A stretch of 64,000 nt of DNA from Macrostomum lignano. Lineage: Eukaryota. The position numbers and the translations under genes are program-made. The notes under the pieces are model-generated. The model searched no databases. It was not told the DNA's origin and was given only the letters and a program-made list of their open reading frames with translations. Position 1 is the stretch's first letter; each line of letters opens with the position of its first letter. The stretch lies in contig NIVC01003893.1 of the NCBI GenBank assembly GCA_002269645.1, positions 1 through 64,000 of the forward strand. Direction: 5' to 3'. Shown piece after piece: positions 60,689 through 64,000 of this stretch.

Positions 60689-63600
60689 ATTTTACATTAA
60701 TTAATTATTTTACCCGCTTGTAATGCTACACAATTTCCAGTAGGAAAACCAAGCCATTTTTTCGCCCATCGAGCTACCAAGTGGGGTGGGGGGAATTGAA
60801 ATCAGAATAAAAAAATTAAAGGTGCCGACGGCGTCGGGGTGATTAATGAATGCTTGAGAGACCAGCTGAAGATTTCCAGCAGTTAAGGCTTGCCCACTCT
60901 TGAGGCTTGATCAGCGAAACTCGACAAATTTGCATCAGAGTGTCCATAGTCACCTGGTGCCGCCTGTTGAAGGTCCAGAAGCTCCGCCTAGGTGAAAGCC
61001 AGTAACCAACCAAGTCAGAGCTGATGCAGACAAATGCGGTCGGCGTGCTGATGAAATTTGGAGTCTTGGCAAGGCTGCACTGAGGCGCAGTGCTGATTGG
61101 CGCACAGGGGTGTACTGAATACACTAGAGCTTATTAAAAAAGTCCGACCTTCTGGCAGAATCGTCGAATATCTTGTTTGAGAAGGTACGCAACAAAAATT
61201 TATCCCGTGTGTCTGCGTTGCTCCGTTCAGGCGCGGCAAAAAATGTCAGGGGGGGTGTCCGTCTATCTTGGTATTTCTACTGTTAATAAGGCATTGGCGT
61301 CTTAAGCCAAATAAAAATTGAGCAAAAATGCAAAAAAATAGCAATAAAAACACAACAAACACGCTCTACTTTACCAACAAACTTAATTTTTAAGACTTCT
61401 TATTTTACGGTATGTACGTGCAAATTGCTTGACTGACGATATGTTGAGTAGTTGTTATAGTGAGAGCAGATGTTTCGTTTCAAAAAGTATATATTGTTTG
61501 CTCATAAATGTTCTGGTATTAATAGTAGTAAAAAACAAATTAAACAGACTTCATTGGAGCGTTGTGTGTGCTAGTAGTGCCTTGCCAATAACCATAGTAT
61601 ACTTCTGTTTGTTGTTCAATATCTGTTTTGCTGTTATTAATAATTTGCTTTGTACTTCAGTTCTGTAATGTTGCCAAAATTGCAGATTAAATTATCATTA
61701 ATGCGAGTACTATCTCTCTTTGTATTTTGCTATGAATGTTCTTCTAATAAATGATCTTTGTTTGTTTGAACTCCATTTTAATTTCAAGTCAATCTCCCCT
61801 CAGAATCCAAGTAAATTTCTCTCGATATTGAATTTCCCTTACAAGTTGATGTTCCTTTTGAGTCCATGTTTTTAATTCTTCAAATCCTTTAAGTCGCATC
61901 AATAATCTTAGGGAAGCTAATTAAAAAACGGTTTCTAATGGTTCGTGCATTTACAACATCGCCTGTTTTCTGGGTTATAATCATTCTTGTTTATGAATTT
62001 AGTGTGAAAGAGTTTAATCTATCGAGTTAATAACGCCCTCATCTCAGAATACTAAAACCTATTTTATCGCAAAATGCACTTTTTATAATTTATCAGTTGT
62101 TTTGTTTTATAATCTGGCACAATATGTGGCTGCAGTAGTGTGTCTTGTTAGGTTGTACGCAAATTCACAGTCAATCATATTTGCACTCTTATGCACTCCA
62201 TCTAAGTGTTTTTTGTTTCCGAGTTTACAGAAACACGCGCTGCTTAAGTACAGGTTTTTTTCATAAAGTTTAGAATATCTATGAGTTCCCTGCAAACTGC
62301 TTGAAGTTTGTGATTCAGTCTTCATCTGTTGAACCATAATTTTATTCAACCTCTTTAGTGATATTGAATGGAGGTAAGTTTTCCATTAATTGTTTTTATG
62401 ATTGTGGGACATCTCATTTTGTTCTGCTTATTTTGTCATTAACTCTCTATCTCCCTTCCTCCCCGAACCAGCTTTCCCTCCTCACTTGCCCTCTTACCCC
62501 TCCACTTACCCACTCTCTGCTCCCCTTCTCTGTTATCCTCTTTTTATCTCGCCGTCGGCATCTTCCCTCATTTTCTCCTCTATTCTTGTCATCTAGAAGG
62601 CGTGTCCCTCCCTGCCCCTACTGAATTCAGCTGGAACTCAATAAATTATTCTCCTACAATTGCGCATGCAGTCACTGTATCAGCTGCTTTGTTTAGACTC
62701 TTTAATTGGAATGTTTTTACTAACACACTGTTGATATCAGTTGATGTCGATGCTTGCGCTTGTTTCATTTCGAAAAGAAAAATATATTACGTAATAATTT
62801 GCGAGTAATCTGTTTTTTGAGTCAGATGTGCTTTACAAGTGTTCACATTTGCCCCCTTGCTTATAGCCTTGTGAGGCAACACCTGCCCAGACAAAGTTTT
62901 TATTCGTAAATTTTGCTTTTCCATTTAACTTATTGATTCGATCCTATGTAATTGTCTATATTCGCCAGCTTCAAAATTCACAAATCAATCAGTCACATGT
63001 TATCCTCCTATATTGGCCGGCTTCCCTAATCGAACGTCAATTTGATCTGTTATTTTGTTTCCATTTGAATTGGCGCGAATAAGAAAGCTTTCAAAGATGC
63101 GTGAATAAATGAATTCTTTTAAGAGGTTTGGTTAGTTTTTTTGAAAGTTTGATTTTCTAAAAACGAAATAAACTAGCAAATACGGAGTTTCTACTTTCAA
63201 GCTCATTGTGAGTCATCTCACAACGTTGACGAAGTATTTTGAAGTCGTGCAGTTCCACTTATATATATATAGTCGTATATACGCCTCGTACTATATAGCA
63301 TATAATAATATTCCATCTATGGATTCTGCCTAGTAATGGCTTAAACATACGGCCGCTCACGCCCACTTTTGCTACAAAATGAATATATGCGATGGGTTAA
63401 CAAAGGCGAGGGTTTTTTCAGTTCATTTTATCTGTGTTTAGTGTGCCTCTGTGCTGGCCTGCCTGTCCTCAAGCTCATTTTGCTCAGTCAGACTCATTTC
63501 AGAACTCTGTCTAGTCTTGCCTGACCCCGCCACAAAAAACCGTAGATTGTTCTCTGGGCCAGGGACTTCTAGATTTAAATTCATCTGGAATAGAAGAACT

Positions 63601-64000
63601 GTCTTTAAAGTCTCGCTTTTTAAATGGAATTTGTTTTTTTGTTAATATTACGCACGCTAACCTAAAAAAAGTATGCAAATTAAGAGGCCTATCTAAATCT
63701 TAGTTTGTAGTAGTTTTTAGTAGTATACATGTAGTGAAATTTAAGTCCATTTTCAGTATAGTGGGCTAGCAATCTGTGCTCCCTGATGTGGAGACTACAA
63801 TAAATGGGGACAATTTTTATTAACTACATGTAGCCTTTGACCTTGTATATAGTAACTATTGTTAGTTTCTTTCTAGCAATCAGCCCCCCCCCCCAGTTGC
63901 GGAGCCAACAAAGAATGGAATACAAAATTTTAAATAAACTACGTCGTACATGTGTAGCTTCTGGCCTCAGCCTTGACACTTCAGCAATTCCCCCTGTAAG

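Noticed and set aside
60738-61282. Possible MITE with imperfect CAGTAG..ACCAAG terminal repeats
   Set aside because: Only ~16 bp of imperfect match, no TSD and no second copy in the window.

Overview
Eukaryotic (invertebrate animal) genomic DNA, rich in micro- and minisatellites, with compact GC-richer exons. The style resembles the flatworm Macrostomum, but that is inference only. Many entries in the ORF track are repeat artefacts, so I rebuilt genes by hand from splice signals and codon phase. Genes: (1) a FAM166/CIMIP2-like ciliary gene (391-2315, +), heavily frameshifted as assembled, with an RFX X-box upstream; (2) a 4-exon, ~1160-aa fusion of ~14 ankyrin repeats to a cGAS-like/Mab-21 nucleotidyltransferase (cGLR) with an intact catalytic triad (9947-4657, -), which the ORF track shows as three unrelated ORFs; (3) a complete 9-exon ACAD10 (1061 aa, 45034-18596, -) ending in SKL; (4) an ankyrin/SOCS-box gene nested antisense in ACAD10 intron 8; (5) FAM162-like; (6) NDUFAF1/CIA30 with a GC-AG intron; (7) LSM12-like. 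Mobile DNA: a 5'-truncated RT-RNase H non-LTR element with a 14-bp TSD, two tRNA-derived SINE families (one CORE-like), two ~740-bp TIR elements with 8-bp TSDs, Helitron-like 3' ends, and a near-identical 1811-bp tandem duplication. The most interesting system is the ankyrin-cGLR. Its catalytic exon is bracketed by an inverted SINE pair, and the donor site after the ankyrin exon contains an in-frame stop. All calls are by eye; no database searches were run.
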